From NCBI GenBank assembly GCA_963823665.1, contig CAWGMQ010000011.1, forward strand, positions 896,001 through 960,000: 64,000 nt of DNA. Direction: 5' to 3'. The stretch's first letter is position 1. Each line of letters begins with the position of its first letter. The position numbers were made by a program, and so were the translations under genes. Origin of the DNA: an uncultured Planctomycetota bacterium. GTDB taxonomy: Bacteria; Planctomycetota; Planctomycetia; Isosphaerales; Isosphaeraceae. Of the stretch, positions 19,829 through 31,606 are shown one piece after another. The notes beneath the pieces were generated by a model that ran no database searches, had not been told where the DNA came from, and worked only from the letters and a program-made list of their open reading frames with translations.

Positions 19829-20290
19829 ATGGTCGAAATCGGCAAGCCCGCTCCGGACTTTTCTCTACTGGACCAGAACGGCAAGAAGGTGACACTCTCG
19901 AAGCTGAAAGGCTCACCGGTCGTGCTGTATTTTTATCCCAAGGACGACACTCCCGGCTGCACCAAAGAGGCGTGCAGCTTCCGCGATGAATCCGCCGGCT
20001 TCAAGAAGAAAGGCGCCGTCATTTTGGGCGTGAGCCCCGATGACACCGAGTCACACGCCAAGTTCGCCAAGAAATTCGACCTTCCTTTTCCCTTGCTCGC
20101 GGACGTCGGCAACAAGATCTGTACCGATTATGGCATCTGGAAAGAGAAAAACATGTACGGGAAGAAGTACATGGGCGTCGAGCGAACGACCTTCGTCATC
20201 GACGGCAAAGGGATCGTGCGGCACATCTTCCCGAAAGTGAAGGTCGATGGGCACTCGGCCGAGGTGCTCGAGGCGCTCGAAAAAGCCTGA
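19829..20290 (+). CDS. bcp: Peroxiredoxin Bcp/PrxQ
   Basis: APDFSL, VLYFYPKDDTPGCTKEACSFRD, ERTTFVID. Confidence 0.96.
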   Translation: MVEIGKPAPDFSLLDQNGKKVTLSKLKGSPVVLYFYPKDDTPGCTKEACSFRDESAGFKKKGAVILGVSPDDTESHAKFAKKFDLPFPLLADVGNKICTDYGIWKEKNMYGKKYMGVERTTFVIDGKGIVRHIFPKVKVDGHSAEVLEALEKA

Positions 20291-20316
20291 TAGATCCATG
20301 ACCGCGGAAGTGAAGA

Positions 20317-23300
20317 CTACTGAAGACTGGGCTCGAATTTCGCAGTCTGCCACAGACGGACCTCCGACAGCTCGGCGTCGATCGGGGTGCAATACGATGC
20401 GATCGCGCTGCCACTCGATGAGAAATGGAGGCTCCAGACAAAGCCGATCGACGTTCCTAAAGTCAGCAGCTCTTCTCCTGTGGCGACATCCCATAGCCTG
20501 ACGGTTCCGTCCGAGCTGGTGGCGAGCGTGTTCCCCCGGGCGCAGCGCGAGTGCCGTGATCCGGTGGTGGGCCCGTGCAATGGCTTTGATCGGCCGGAGA
20601 GTTTCCGCCGATCGAAGCTCGATCGTCTGTAGATCGTAATCCACCAAAGCGAGCGTGCGACCGTCTTTCGCAATTGTCATAAGGTGTGAAAATGGGGATC
20701 CCTTGACCGCAAGCGCCGTCGATGGCTCCGTTCTGGGATCCCACCGAATCAGTTCACCGGCCCACCGAGCGGCGATGACTTCCTCCGAAGGCGTAATGAC
20801 CGAAGCGCACACCTCAGTCCAGGGCAAAGGGATGTCTCGGCTGCTTGAGAGGTCTCGTAGCGCAAATCTTCCTGCTTCGAAGCGATGCATGAGATAGCGA
20901 TTCTTTGGTGAGAAGCTTATCGTACCCAGCGGCACCGACCCTCTCATACGCGAGCTCTCAAGGCGCACGCCGCCTGCGTTCCAGAATGTACACACCCCGT
21001 CTGTCGTCGCAATTGCCAGTACTTCACCGTCGCTTAAGAACCACGCATTCTGGAACTGGCCGTTCAGTTCGATATGGTTTCGTTCCCGGAGTGATCCCGA
21101 AAAGACGTCCCAACATGAAATGAACCACGCCTTCTCCGACCGGTCCACTTCCAGGACCGACACGCTCTGGCCGTCCGCACCGAAACTGAGCAGGCGAGGT
21201 TCTGTGATCGGAAGCCTCAAGCTCGTGCTGGGCGGCTCAGAATCCCAGAGTTTGACCGTGCCATCGTGGCTTGCAGAGGCGATCGTCCGCCCGTCGGGCG
21301 ATAGGGCCAAGCTCCAAATCTTCCCGCTGTGTCCCTGGTGCATGCCCAGTTGAACTCCCGTGGCCGAGTCCCAGATTCGGATCGTAGCGTCGTCGCTTGC
21401 GGAGATGATCCGTCGATCATCCGGCGAGAACAGCACCGAGAACACGCCGTCGCTGTGGCCCAAGAGCGTGCGCAGCAGACGGCCGCTGGAGATGTCCCAC
21501 ACCCGGACCAATCGGTCACCCTCGGCGGCGACCGCCAACTTGGTTCCGTCGTGCGAGAACACCACGGACTGGCCCCCTCCACTTGCAGATAAGGACGCAA
21601 TCAGCGCACCGCTCGCGAGATTCCAGAGCTTGACATCTTTCCCGCCTACGGTGGCCAGGATCGAACGATCGGGCGAAACGGCCGCAGCGTCGAGGTATCC
21701 GGTCTGAGCGGCACGGATTGCTTTGCGCATACCGCCGGTCTTGCGATCCCAGAGCTTGATAAAGCCGTCTTTCCGTCCCCCCGTCATGACCACTTGCCCA
21801 TCGGCTAGGAACTGGCCCCCTGAGGCCTCACCCGCGTGGGCGTCCAGCTCCAGTGTGCACTTGCTCGTTGCGATCTCCCAGAGTTTGAGCTTGCCCTCGT
21901 CGTCGATCGCGGCAAGCGTCTTCGAGTCGGGCGAAAAAACAGCGCCGTTGACCTCGGTTGCCGATGCCTTGATGGAACGGGCAACCTGCCAGGTTTTGGT
22001 TTCCCGGATCAAGACCATGCCGTCCTTGCCGGTACTCACCAGGAAGTCACCGCCAGGCGAAAACTCGACGTGGTAGACATCGCCGCGATGCCCGGTCAGG
22101 GTGCGTTTTTCGGTGTGGCAACGGCGCAGGAGGTGATACCGCGCGAAGTCACGCCCGTCATCCTCCCCGGGGCTGCGCCCGAGTCGCGCCAGGATCTCTT
22201 GCGCACGGGGCGATTGACCTTCGCCCAGTAGCCGCTCGGCAAGCCTGATGTCGCTTACATCCTGCCTATGGCGCTCATTCGCAGATTCCCGCGCCCGGGC
22301 TTCGGCGTCTTTGCGCTCGGTGAGACGGTGCGCGGCGTCGAGACGGGTTTCATAGATCAAGCCACCGGCCAGAAGCAGCACTGCGCAGGCCGCAACGGCA
22401 GCGAGTACAAAGAGCGCCGTCCGATGCCGCCGAGCTTTTCGTCGCAGCAAGACCCATGCGCCGGGCGGCCGCGCGAGCGTCGGCTCACCCGCCAGGAACC
22501 GATCGAGGTCCTCGGCCACGGCTCGAGCGGTCGGGTAGCGTGCTGCGGACGCCTTTTCCAGGCAGCGCAGGACGATCGCGTCCAACTCGGCAGGAACGTC
22601 CTGCCGCGTCCGGCGGGGCGGCACCGGATCATCGGCGATCAGGCGTCTCAGTGTCTCGAGTTGGCTCTCGCCTCGAAACGGAGGGCCGCCGGTCAAGAGT
22701 TCGTAGAGGGTGCAGCCCAGCCCGTAAACGTCGGTCGGCGGGCCGATCGCCTTCAGTTTGCCTTCCGCCTGCTCGGGCGCCATGTACGGCGGCGAGCCAA
22801 ACGGCGCCCCGCTCCGCGTAGCCGGCCCTTCGCCATCGGCGAGCCAGGCAAGGCTGAAATCCGTGATCCGCGGCTGATAGCTCGCCAGCGAATCGTTTTC
22901 CTCCGGATGCTGGCTGTACGGCCCCCCGCGCTGGAGCAGGATGTTGCTGGGCTTCATATCGCGGTGCAGCACGCCCCGCTCGTGCGCATGCTCGATGGCT
23001 CGCGCCAGAGTCGCAGAGAGCGCGGCCGCGTCACGTGCCGGCACCGGTCGCGATTGCCGCGCCAGCCAGTCCGCCAGCGTCGGGCCCGGGCAATACGCAC
23101 TGGCGATATACGCGATCGTGCCGGCGCTTCCGCTTTCATATACCGGCACGATGTTAGGGTGGTCCAGCCCCGCGGCGGCGTGCGCTTTGCGCTGAAACCG
23201 CTTTCGCGCCTCGGGCGTCAAGAGCGCCTCGGGCTGCGGGACCTTGAGCGCAACGTTGCGCCGCAGCACCGGGTCCCATGCAAGGAAGACAACCCCGAAC

Positions 23301-23650
23301 CCCCCCTGCCCCAGTGCCTGGCGGATCTGAAATCGGCCGAAGCGGCGACACACCTCGGGCTCCGCGGAAGGCGGCCCCGGTCGACGATCTTCGTGTCGAT
23401 CGGATTCTGGGATGCTGGCTTTTGCCGCATCCACATCGCCCGATTTCTCCCCTGCCCTTGGCCAGGCCTCTTCCACGAGGTTCAAGAACGACGCGAGCCA
23501 GTTCCACTCGGGAACGAGCGTCGGGTCAACGGCCTGGGCCCAGTCCGGGGGCGGCTCCTTGCCTGCGGCCAGCAGATCGTGGTAAGCCGCAAGAGCCTCC
23601 GCAAGCTGGTCGTCGGCGCGTTCACGTTCAACGCTGCCCATCGCGGTCAC
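20317..23650 (-). CDS. Ser/Thr kinase - TM - WD40 repeat protein (frameshift near 20535; true C-terminus in ORF 20317..20673)
   Basis: LGQGGFGVV, VALKVP, HRDMKPSN, GSPPYMAPEQ, TM helix, many GH..V..V.FSPDG..WD repeats. Confidence 0.92.
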
Positions 23651-24368
23651 CGACTTCCCGCTTAAGTTGGACGATAGCCCGGCTCCAGACCTTGCGCACC
23701 GCCTCGGCTGTGCAGCTCATATTTCGGCCGATCTCCTCCCAGGAGAGCCCGTCTTCTTGCCGCCAGGCGACCGCCTGCCGGTAGTGCTCGGGAAGCCGCT
23801 GCATCGCCCGTTTCAGTGTTTCCGCACGTTCATTCTGGACGGCGTGGGTGCTCGGCGATGGCGCCGGGCTGGCCACGATCGCGGCGGCCGATCCGGACTG
23901 CAACCCGACAGTTTCCAACGTCACTTCGCGCGCGACGGCTCGTTTCTCGGTCCCCAGGTACGAGCGCCGCAGATTCGCCAGCCGGCATTCCAGAATCCTG
24001 CGCAGCCACGCGCGGATCTCGGGCTCGCTCCGGCCCTGGAAGCCACCGGGATGCCGCTGTGCCTCCAGGAACGTGTCCTGGACCAGGTCCGAGGGCCCGA
24101 CCTTGGCCTGTAGCTCGGGCCCAATCACCTGGTTGGCCATCATCAAGAGGTATTGCCGCAGACCCTCCATGAGCTGGCCGTGGTCGCCGTCGTCGCCAAG
24201 TTTTAGGGTGGCACTGGCTTTGCCAGTGGCTGCCTCTTCCACAAGCTGGCCGGCGTCGTCTTCGCGCGTGTTCGTACCGCTGCGCTCATCGCCGCCCGCC
24301 ATGAAGCCGCACGGCTCGCCATGCTCCGGCCCGTTGCCAGACCCGTCCCGGAAGACCTCCACGGTCAT
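23628..24368 (-). CDS. ECF-type sigma-70 factor overlapping the kinase gene start (start uncertain, 24368 or 24302)
   Basis: SDLVQDTFLEA, WLRRIL (region 2), LPEHYRQAV..GLSWEEIG..AVRKVWSRA (region 4). Confidence 0.92.
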   Translation of the reverse strand: MTVEVFRDGSGNGPEHGEPCGFMAGGDERSGTNTREDDAGQLVEEAATGKASATLKLGDDGDHGQLMEGLRQYLLMMANQVIGPELQAKVGPSDLVQDTFLEAQRHPGGFQGRSEPEIRAWLRRILECRLANLRRSYLGTEKRAVAREVTLETVGLQSGSAAAIVASPAPSPSTHAVQNERAETLKRAMQRLPEHYRQAVAWRQEDGLSWEEIGRNMSCTAEAVRKVWSRAIVQLKREVGDRDGQR

Positions 24369-24507
24369 TCACTCCGCATGCATGGTTCATCCCATTGAAG
24401 TGGTTCAACGAGTATGCGGATCGCAGCCGCGAAACACAAGCAAGGTCCCCGTGAATGTTTCCTGCGAGAAACATCTGCGTCAGAGGAATAGCGGCTTGGT
24501 CAAAGTA

Positions 24508-24527
24508 GTAGGCACACGCCGTGTGCC
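24508..24527. repeat. GTAG-tipped REP-like palindrome
   Basis: GTAG followed by GGCACAC-GCC-GTGTGCC (7-bp perfect stem). Confidence 0.55.
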
Positions 24528-24938
24528 GTCCACCAGCCGAACAGAAAAAATCCAAAACGCGGCGTCCGGTTTGGCACGGCGCCGTGATTCTAAGGGAGGG
24601 AGAACCACCGAGCGCCGCCCCTCGTGCGCCGCGGCGAGCAACGACACGCGCGGCCACCCGTCCGCGCTCGACGACGTGTACTGCGCCTCTTCGCACTTGG
24701 CCTTTCTGCTCGATCGCATCACCTTGATCAAGGATCCTTACCATGTCGCCCCACACGTTGCTTTGAAGGTGTGAGGCCGCCGGCCATTGATTGCCGTGAG
24801 CAGCGTTCTTAAGCAAAAGACCTCGATGGGTCCGGGCGTTCGGTCTGCGCCGGGCTCGGTGATCGCCTCGCGCGCCTGGCGCGGGAATCGAGACCAGACT
24901 CCGCCCACATTCGTTTCTTCAGCCCAGGAGATGCCCCC

Positions 24939-27900
24939 ATGCGCCGGAAAAATCCCCGCCTCTTACGCGCCTGCTCCCCCGTGCTTCGTCATGTTTTCCG
25001 GCCAGCGCTGAGCCGGCTGGAAGAACGGACCTTGCTCTCGACCGTCACCTGGGCCAGCGACGTGAGCGGCGACTGGGACAACCCGGCGATGTGGACCGGC
25101 GGGGCCGTACCAGGACCGAGCGATGATGCCGTCATCAGTTTTTCGAACGTCACGGTGACGCACGACACCTCGGTATCGGACACCGTGGATAGCGTGAATT
25201 GTGCCGCTGCCCTCGATATCACCAGCGGCTCGCTCACGATCGACACGACGTCCTCATCACAGCCAACATCAACCATATCCGGGCAATTCAATTTGAGTGG
25301 TGCCTCGTTGCAGGTTCTGGCCGGAAACCTCTACCTCACAGGCGGCGGGACGGTCAGCGGCACGGTCAGCGGCGCGGCCGAAACCCACGTGGAGTTTGAC
25401 GGACCGACCTGGGCGTTCGACAGCTCCTCGAGCATCACCAGCACGGGCGCGGTCGGCTTCACCAGCGATGGCGAGGTGGCCACCGTGAGTGGGACCTACA
25501 ACGTCACCGGTCAGACCTACGACCATGGCAGCACGGTGAGCTTCACGGCGCCGTTCACCGACCTGGGCTCGGACCTTTCCGTCACGGGCAACGCGGTGGT
25601 CAACCTCACCGGGCAGTCCTTCAGCCTGGCAACGTTGGAGGTCGACACCAGCACTCTCAACGGGGCCGGCGGCGCCAGCCTGACGGTCACCGGGACCATG
25701 ACCTGGGCCAGCGGCACGGTGACCGGCTTCGGGGCGTTGCAGATCCCCAGCGGGGCGGTATTGAATCTGAGCCGGCCGGACACCAACGCGACTGAGACCC
25801 TGGTGGGGGTGGCACTCCAGAACGCGGGCACGGTCAACGTCCTGGGCCTCACCAACAACAACCAGTACGGGCTGTCCCTGCAAAGCGGCGCCGGCGTCGC
25901 CAACCAGTCGGGGGGGAGCTTCACGTTCCAGGTCAATGCGGACGTCTTCAGCGACGGCAGCGCCACTTACTTCAGCAACGCGGGGAACTTGACCCAGGTG
26001 GCGGGCGCCACCGGTACCTCGTACATCCGGCCGGCGTTCACCCGGACCAGCACCGGCTCGACCAGCGTCCAAGGGGGCGCATTGCAGTTCCTGGGCGGCG
26101 GCACGGTCAGCGGGTCGATGACCGGTGCGGCGGGGACGGACATCGAGTTCGACGGGCCCTCCTTCAGCTTGACCAGCTCCTCCAGCGTCACCAGTGCCGG
26201 GGAGGTGGGCTTTGACCAAGGCGGCGAGGTGGCCACCGTGAGTGGGACCTACAACGTCACCGGTCAGACCTACGACCATGGCAGCACGGTGAGCTTCACG
26301 GCGCCGTTCACCGACCTGGGCTCGGACCTTTCCGTCACGGGCAACGCGGTGGTCAACCTCACCGGGCAGTCCTTCAGCCTGGCAACGTTGGAGGTCGACA
26401 CCAGCACTCTCAACGGGGCCGGCGGCGCCAGCCTGACGGTCACCGGGACCATGACCTGGGCCAGCGGCACGGTGACCGGCTTCGGGGCGTTGCAGATCCC
26501 CAGCGGGGCGGTATTGAATCTGAGCCGGCCGGACACCAACGCGACTGAGACCCTGGTGGGGGTGGCACTCCAGAACGCGGGCACGGTCAACGTCCTGGGC
26601 CTCACCAACAACAACCAGTACGGGCTGTCCCTGCAAAGCGGCGCCGGCGTCGCCAACCAGTCGGGGGGGAGCTTCACGTTCCAGGTCAATGCGGACGTCT
26701 TCAGCGACGGCAGCGCCACTTACTTCAGCAACGCGGGGAACTTGACCCAGGTGGCGGGCGCCACCGGTACCTCGTACATCCGGCCGGCGTTCACCCAGAC
26801 CAGCACCGGCTCGACCAGCGTCCAAGGGGGCGCATTGCAGTTCCTGGGCGGCGGCACGCCCGTCACCATCGCCGGTCAAGTGACGATCGACTCGGGGGCA
26901 ACGCTCGCCGCGTCGACCGACTTTGACCAGACGGGCGGCACGATGACGCTCAACGGCGGCTTATTCTCCGGCGGAGATCTGAACATCCTTGGTGGCGCGG
27001 TGACGGGCTCTGGCACCATTTACGCCAATGTCACCAACGCCGGCCAGGTCGTCCCCGGCGGCACCGGCGCCGCCGGCACCCTCACGATCAATGGAACCTA
27101 CACTCAAACTGCCGCCGGTGCCCTCGACATCGCCATCGGCGGCACGACCGCCGGCAGCCAGTACAGCGAACTCGCCGTTTCCGGCGCGGCGACTCTCGGC
27201 GGCACGGTAAATGTGGGCCTGATCGGCGGTTTCCAGCCGGCTCTCGGCAACACGTTCGAACCGCTGACGTTCGCCTCGTACACCGGAAACTTCGGCTTCT
27301 ACAACGGCATTGTCCTCGGCAATCGCCTGCTCCTTGATCCTGCGCTTGATCCGACCAATCTGACGCTCACCGTCCAACCCGCCGTGACGACGACGACACT
27401 CGCCGCGCCGCCATCGCCCTCCGTCTCCGGCCAGAGCGTGACGTTCACGGTCATCGTCACCGTTGCCCTGCCGCCCACCACGATCGATCCCGTCCCCACC
27501 GGCATGGTTACCTTCTTTAACAACGGCACGGCAATCGGAACTGGGATGCTGAGTGTCGTGAGTGGCGAGGACGAGGCCACGTTTTCGACGAGTACGCTGA
27601 GTACGGCCAGCCACTCGATCACGGCCGCTTACACGAGCGGCGATGCCAACTTCATTCCCAGCGCCGTCTCGGCGAGCGTCACACAGGTCGTGAACAAGGC
27701 CGCCACCAGCACCACGGTTGGGACGTCGCCGAACCCGTCTGTGTACGGTCAAACCGTCACCATCACCGCGACGGTGAGCGTCGCCAGCCCGGGCACCACG
27801 GCCGTCGCCTATCCCACCGGCACCGTCACCTTCTACGACGGCGGGACTTCGATCGGAAGCGGCACTCTCAGCGTCATGAGCGGCCATGACCAGGCGACGC

Positions 27901-30598
27901 TGACAACCAGCACCCTGAGCACGGCCACGCACTCGATCACCGCAGCCTACACCAGCGGCGACGGCAACTTCATCGCCAGCCCCGTCTCACCAGCCATCAG
28001 CCAGGTCGTCAACAAAGACAACACCACGACGACCGTAGCTGCCTCACCCACCTCTGCAAACCTGGGCCAGACCGTCACGTTCACGGCGACGGTCACGGCC
28101 AATTCGCCTGGTTCTGGCACGCCCACCGGAACCGTCGACTTCTACGACATCACGGCCAGTACCGACCTCACGCCCGGCGGCGTCGCGCTCTCGTCGGGAA
28201 CAGCCACATTCGCGACGACGAGCCTCGCCGCCGGGCCGCACGTGATCAAAGCCACCTATTCCGGTGATGGCAACTTCGTCACCAGCTTTGGCATGGCCGG
28301 CACGGTCACGGTCGGCCAGTCCATCATTGTTCTCGACCCCTCCGCCGGCGGGGCGCTCAGCCTCTCGGGCAACGCGTCGATCAACTTGCCCGGCGGCGTG
28401 TACGTCAATTCCAACTCCTCGACCGCGCTGTCAGCCAGCGGCAACGCCACGATCAAAGCGACCGTGATCGACGTGCACGGCGGCGCCCAGAAGAGTGGCA
28501 ATGCCAGCTTCAGTCCGGCCCCGACCACCGGCGCGGCGGTTGCCGCGGACCCATACGCGTCGCTGCCCGAGCCCAGCACCACGGGACTGACCAGTTACGG
28601 CTCCGAGAGCTTGAGCGGGAATTCGTCAGCGACGATCAATCCGGGCATTTACAGCGGGATCAGCGTCTCGGGCAACGCCAAGCTCACGATGTGCAGCGGC
28701 ATCTACATCATCGAAGGCGGCGGCTTCAGCGTCTCCGGCAATGCGAGCGTGACCGGCGCGGGCGTGACCATCTTGAATGCGGGCAGCAAATATCCGAGCA
28801 CGGGCGGAACCTACGGCAGCATCTCCCTGAGCGGCAACGGGTCATATAACCTGACGCCGCCGACCAGCGGCACATACGCCGGGATCGTGATCTTCCAGTC
28901 GCGGGACAACACCAAGGCCCTCACCATCAGCGGCAACGCCGTGGGGATGACCGGCGTGATCTACGCGCCGGCCGCCGCGCTCACCGAAAGCGGCAACGCT
29001 CAGTTGAGCGCGTCGATCGACGTCGACACGCTCGCGATCAGCGGCAACGGGGTATCGAATGCCATCACGTTGAGCTCACCCGCGGGCACAGTCGCTTACA
29101 CCCCCGCCCAGATTCGCAGCGCCTATGGCATCAACAGCGTGGCGTCCGATGGCACCAGGGAGACCATCGCCATCGTCGACGCCTACGACGACCCGAGCAT
29201 CGACCAGGCCGTCGACGCCTTCGACACCCAGTTCAGCCTGACCGACTCCGGACCGTCGCTGTATGCTCAGTACGGGCCGGCCTCATCGTTCTTGACCGTC
29301 CTCAATCAAAGCGGCCAATCGACCTCCCTGCCTTCCACCGACCCCAATGGCCCCGGCACCGATAATTGGGAAGTCGAAGAAGCCCTCGACGTCGAATGGA
29401 CCCATGCCATTGCCCCGGGCGCGCAGATCATCCTCGTCGAGGCCAACAGCCAGTCGCTCTCCGATCTGATGGCGGGCGTGGCGACCGCCGCCGCGCAACC
29501 TGGCGTGTCGGTGGTGTCGATGAGCTGGGGATTCCCCGAGGGTCAGGCCGTCTTCGCTGCCGATGAGGCGGCGTACGACAGAGTGTTCAACGTCCCCGGC
29601 GTGACCTTCGTAGCCAGCACGGGCGACTACGGAGCCGCCGATCCCGAGTATCCCGCCTATTCGCCGGACGTCGTGGCCGTCGGCGGCACAAGCCTCACGC
29701 TGAACGCAGATGGCTCATACAACAGTGAGGCCGGTTGGGGCTATTACTCCAGCGCCGCCGGTGCATTGATCGGCTCCGGCGGCGGCCTCAGCTTGTACGA
29801 GCCCGAGCCAGCGTATCAGACGGGTGTTCAATCGACCGGCATGCGGACCACACCCGACGTCTCCCTGGTCGCCGACCCAGCCACCGGAGCATGGATTGCC
29901 GACCCCTATAATCTCGACCCCAGCAATCCGTTCGAAGTGGTGGGCGGCACGAGCTTGTCGGCACCGGCCTGGGCCGGCCTCTTTGCGCTGGTCAATCAGG
30001 GCCGGGCGGCCGCGGGCGAGTCGACCTTGAACAGCGCGACGCCCAGCGATACGCAGCAGGCCCTCTACATGCTGCCTCAGAACGACTACAACACGATCAC
30101 GAGCGGAACCAACGGCGCTACACCGCGAGCGCCGGCTACAACCTGGTGACCGGCCTGGGAACGCCCGTGGCCAACCTGCTGGTGCCCGACCTGGTCGCCT
30201 ACCAGGGGCCGGGCACGACATACGCCGGCTCACCCGTCGCACCGCTCCAGAATGCCGGCCTCGTTGATTCGGGGACGACCGACAGCGGACCGATGGACGT
30301 ATTCAGCGTGTTCGATTCCTTCACGGTAACGAACGTCGGGCTCAGCCAGGCTCAGACGAAGGGCACACGTCTTCCAGACACGGCGCTTGGGCTCACGACG
30401 AACTCCACGAGCCCGGCCGCCCAAAACTTCGCGACTTTCGACGAGGTCCTCGGGGCGCTTCTGGACACCGATTCGCACGACACGTTTATCGGCGACCTGG
30501 CATTCGAGCAGGTCTCGTCGGGGACTCGTAAGGCACGCTCTAAGACGGAATCGATCTGGGCGCCGGAGGGTAGCCCGATCGCCAGCTCTTCGCGGTGA
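24939..30598 (+). CDS. Giant secreted protein: beta-helix-like repeats, three Ig-like (Big_3-type) domains, a second beta-helix-like domain and a C-terminal S53 (sedolisin-type) peptidase (frameshift near 30120)
   Basis: RPALSRLEERTLLS motif, PSV.GQ.VTFT..V..PTG.VTF repeats, E..ALDVEW, SMSWG, ASTGD, PDVS, GGTSLSAP. YNLVTGLGTP is restored across the frameshift. Confidence 0.9.
25470..26858 (+). repeat. Intragenic direct repeat, 636 bp x2, period 753 bp
   Basis: 25470-26105 vs 26223-26858. By eye the only difference is G26044/A26797. Confidence 0.93.
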
Positions 30599-30738
30599 TT
30601 GCGAAGACGGCGCTCAAGCGCGGTGGGGTTGCACTCACCGTACGCATGGCTCAACAGCCTCAGGCCGAATCGCCTGCCGCGCCCGAAGGCAGCCCGATCG
30701 CCAGCACTTCGCGTTGATTGCGAAGATGGCGCTCGAGC
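30560..30738. repeat. Diverged 60-bp direct repeat duplicating the 3' end of the sigma gene
   Basis: 30560-30619 vs 30679-30738, 53/60 identical. Confidence 0.85.
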
Positions 30739-31350
30739 TTGCGGAGGGCCTTGTATTTCTCGTCGCTCACCCGGGTGACGGGTAGTTTCATCTCGTCGCC
30801 GATCTCGGGGACGGACCAGCCTCGCATCCAGAGCTCGATGATGCGGTCCTGGCGCTCGGAGAGAACGGCCGCTCGGGCGGCCTCGAGAATTTCACCGAGC
30901 TCAAGTCGGTTGCGCTCGCGCTCGTCGAGATCAGACGCCGGAGTCGTGAAGCCATCGAGCGGTTGATACCGCTTCGTGCGCTGAACCCGCTTCCGCACCA
31001 TGTCGATCGCCCGCACCAGCTCGCGGCGTTCCGGGGTGTCTTCGGCGAGCACCTGCGTCATGTCGAGCTGGCCCTGGCGGGCCTTGGTCAGAAGGCGGCA
31101 ACATACTTCCTGCGTGCAGTCGTCCCATAGCCGCGGGTCGAGCCGCGCATTGCGCCAGCACGCCGTGCAATAGCGCTGAATGTCGCGAACCATCTCCGTC
31201 TCGGAGGCCTGCGCGGTCGAGCGCCGCAAGGCCGATCACGAAGGCGACGGCCGCCGGGCCCGCTTTCCTCGTTCGAGCGACCAGTGTTTCAGTCGATGCG
31301 GCCGGCTCTTTGGAACCCGCCACTGATTCCGTCGGGGTCTTGTCGTTCAT
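30660..31350 (-). CDS. Atypical ECF-type sigma factor with hydrophobic N-terminal segment (frameshift near 31225)
   Basis: MNDKTP..RKAGPAAVAFVIGL| ..AQASETEMVRDIQRYC..DDCTQEVCCRLL..LSERQDRIIELWMRGWSVPEIG..VSDEKYKALRKL. Confidence 0.8.
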
Positions 31351-31606
31351 GTTCGCTGTCGTACCAAGCCTCGTGCTGGGAATGTCCATACGCGCGATCC
31401 TACTTCTGCAACGGACCGCAGTTTACGGAAATATCGCCGCTTTATTCAACAGGCATTATAGCGACCCAGCGGCAAAAGTTCGAATGCCCGGGCCAAGTTG
31501 CGCGGAATTGTGTCGTAAAGTCTTACGGTACAATGACATCACATCGGAATAGGTCGGCGATCTAAACGGTTTGCTGGCCGCTGGGACAGCGGCCGAATCG
31601 GACAAG

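Noticed and set aside
20051..20540. Kinase-WD40 C-terminal extension overlapping bcp
   Set aside because: Frameshift artefact. The last WD repeats are in the 20317..20673 frame.
25470..26858. Diversity-generating retroelement TR/VR pair
   Set aside because: Both copies are in-frame in one CDS, they differ at a single site, and there is no reverse transcriptase.
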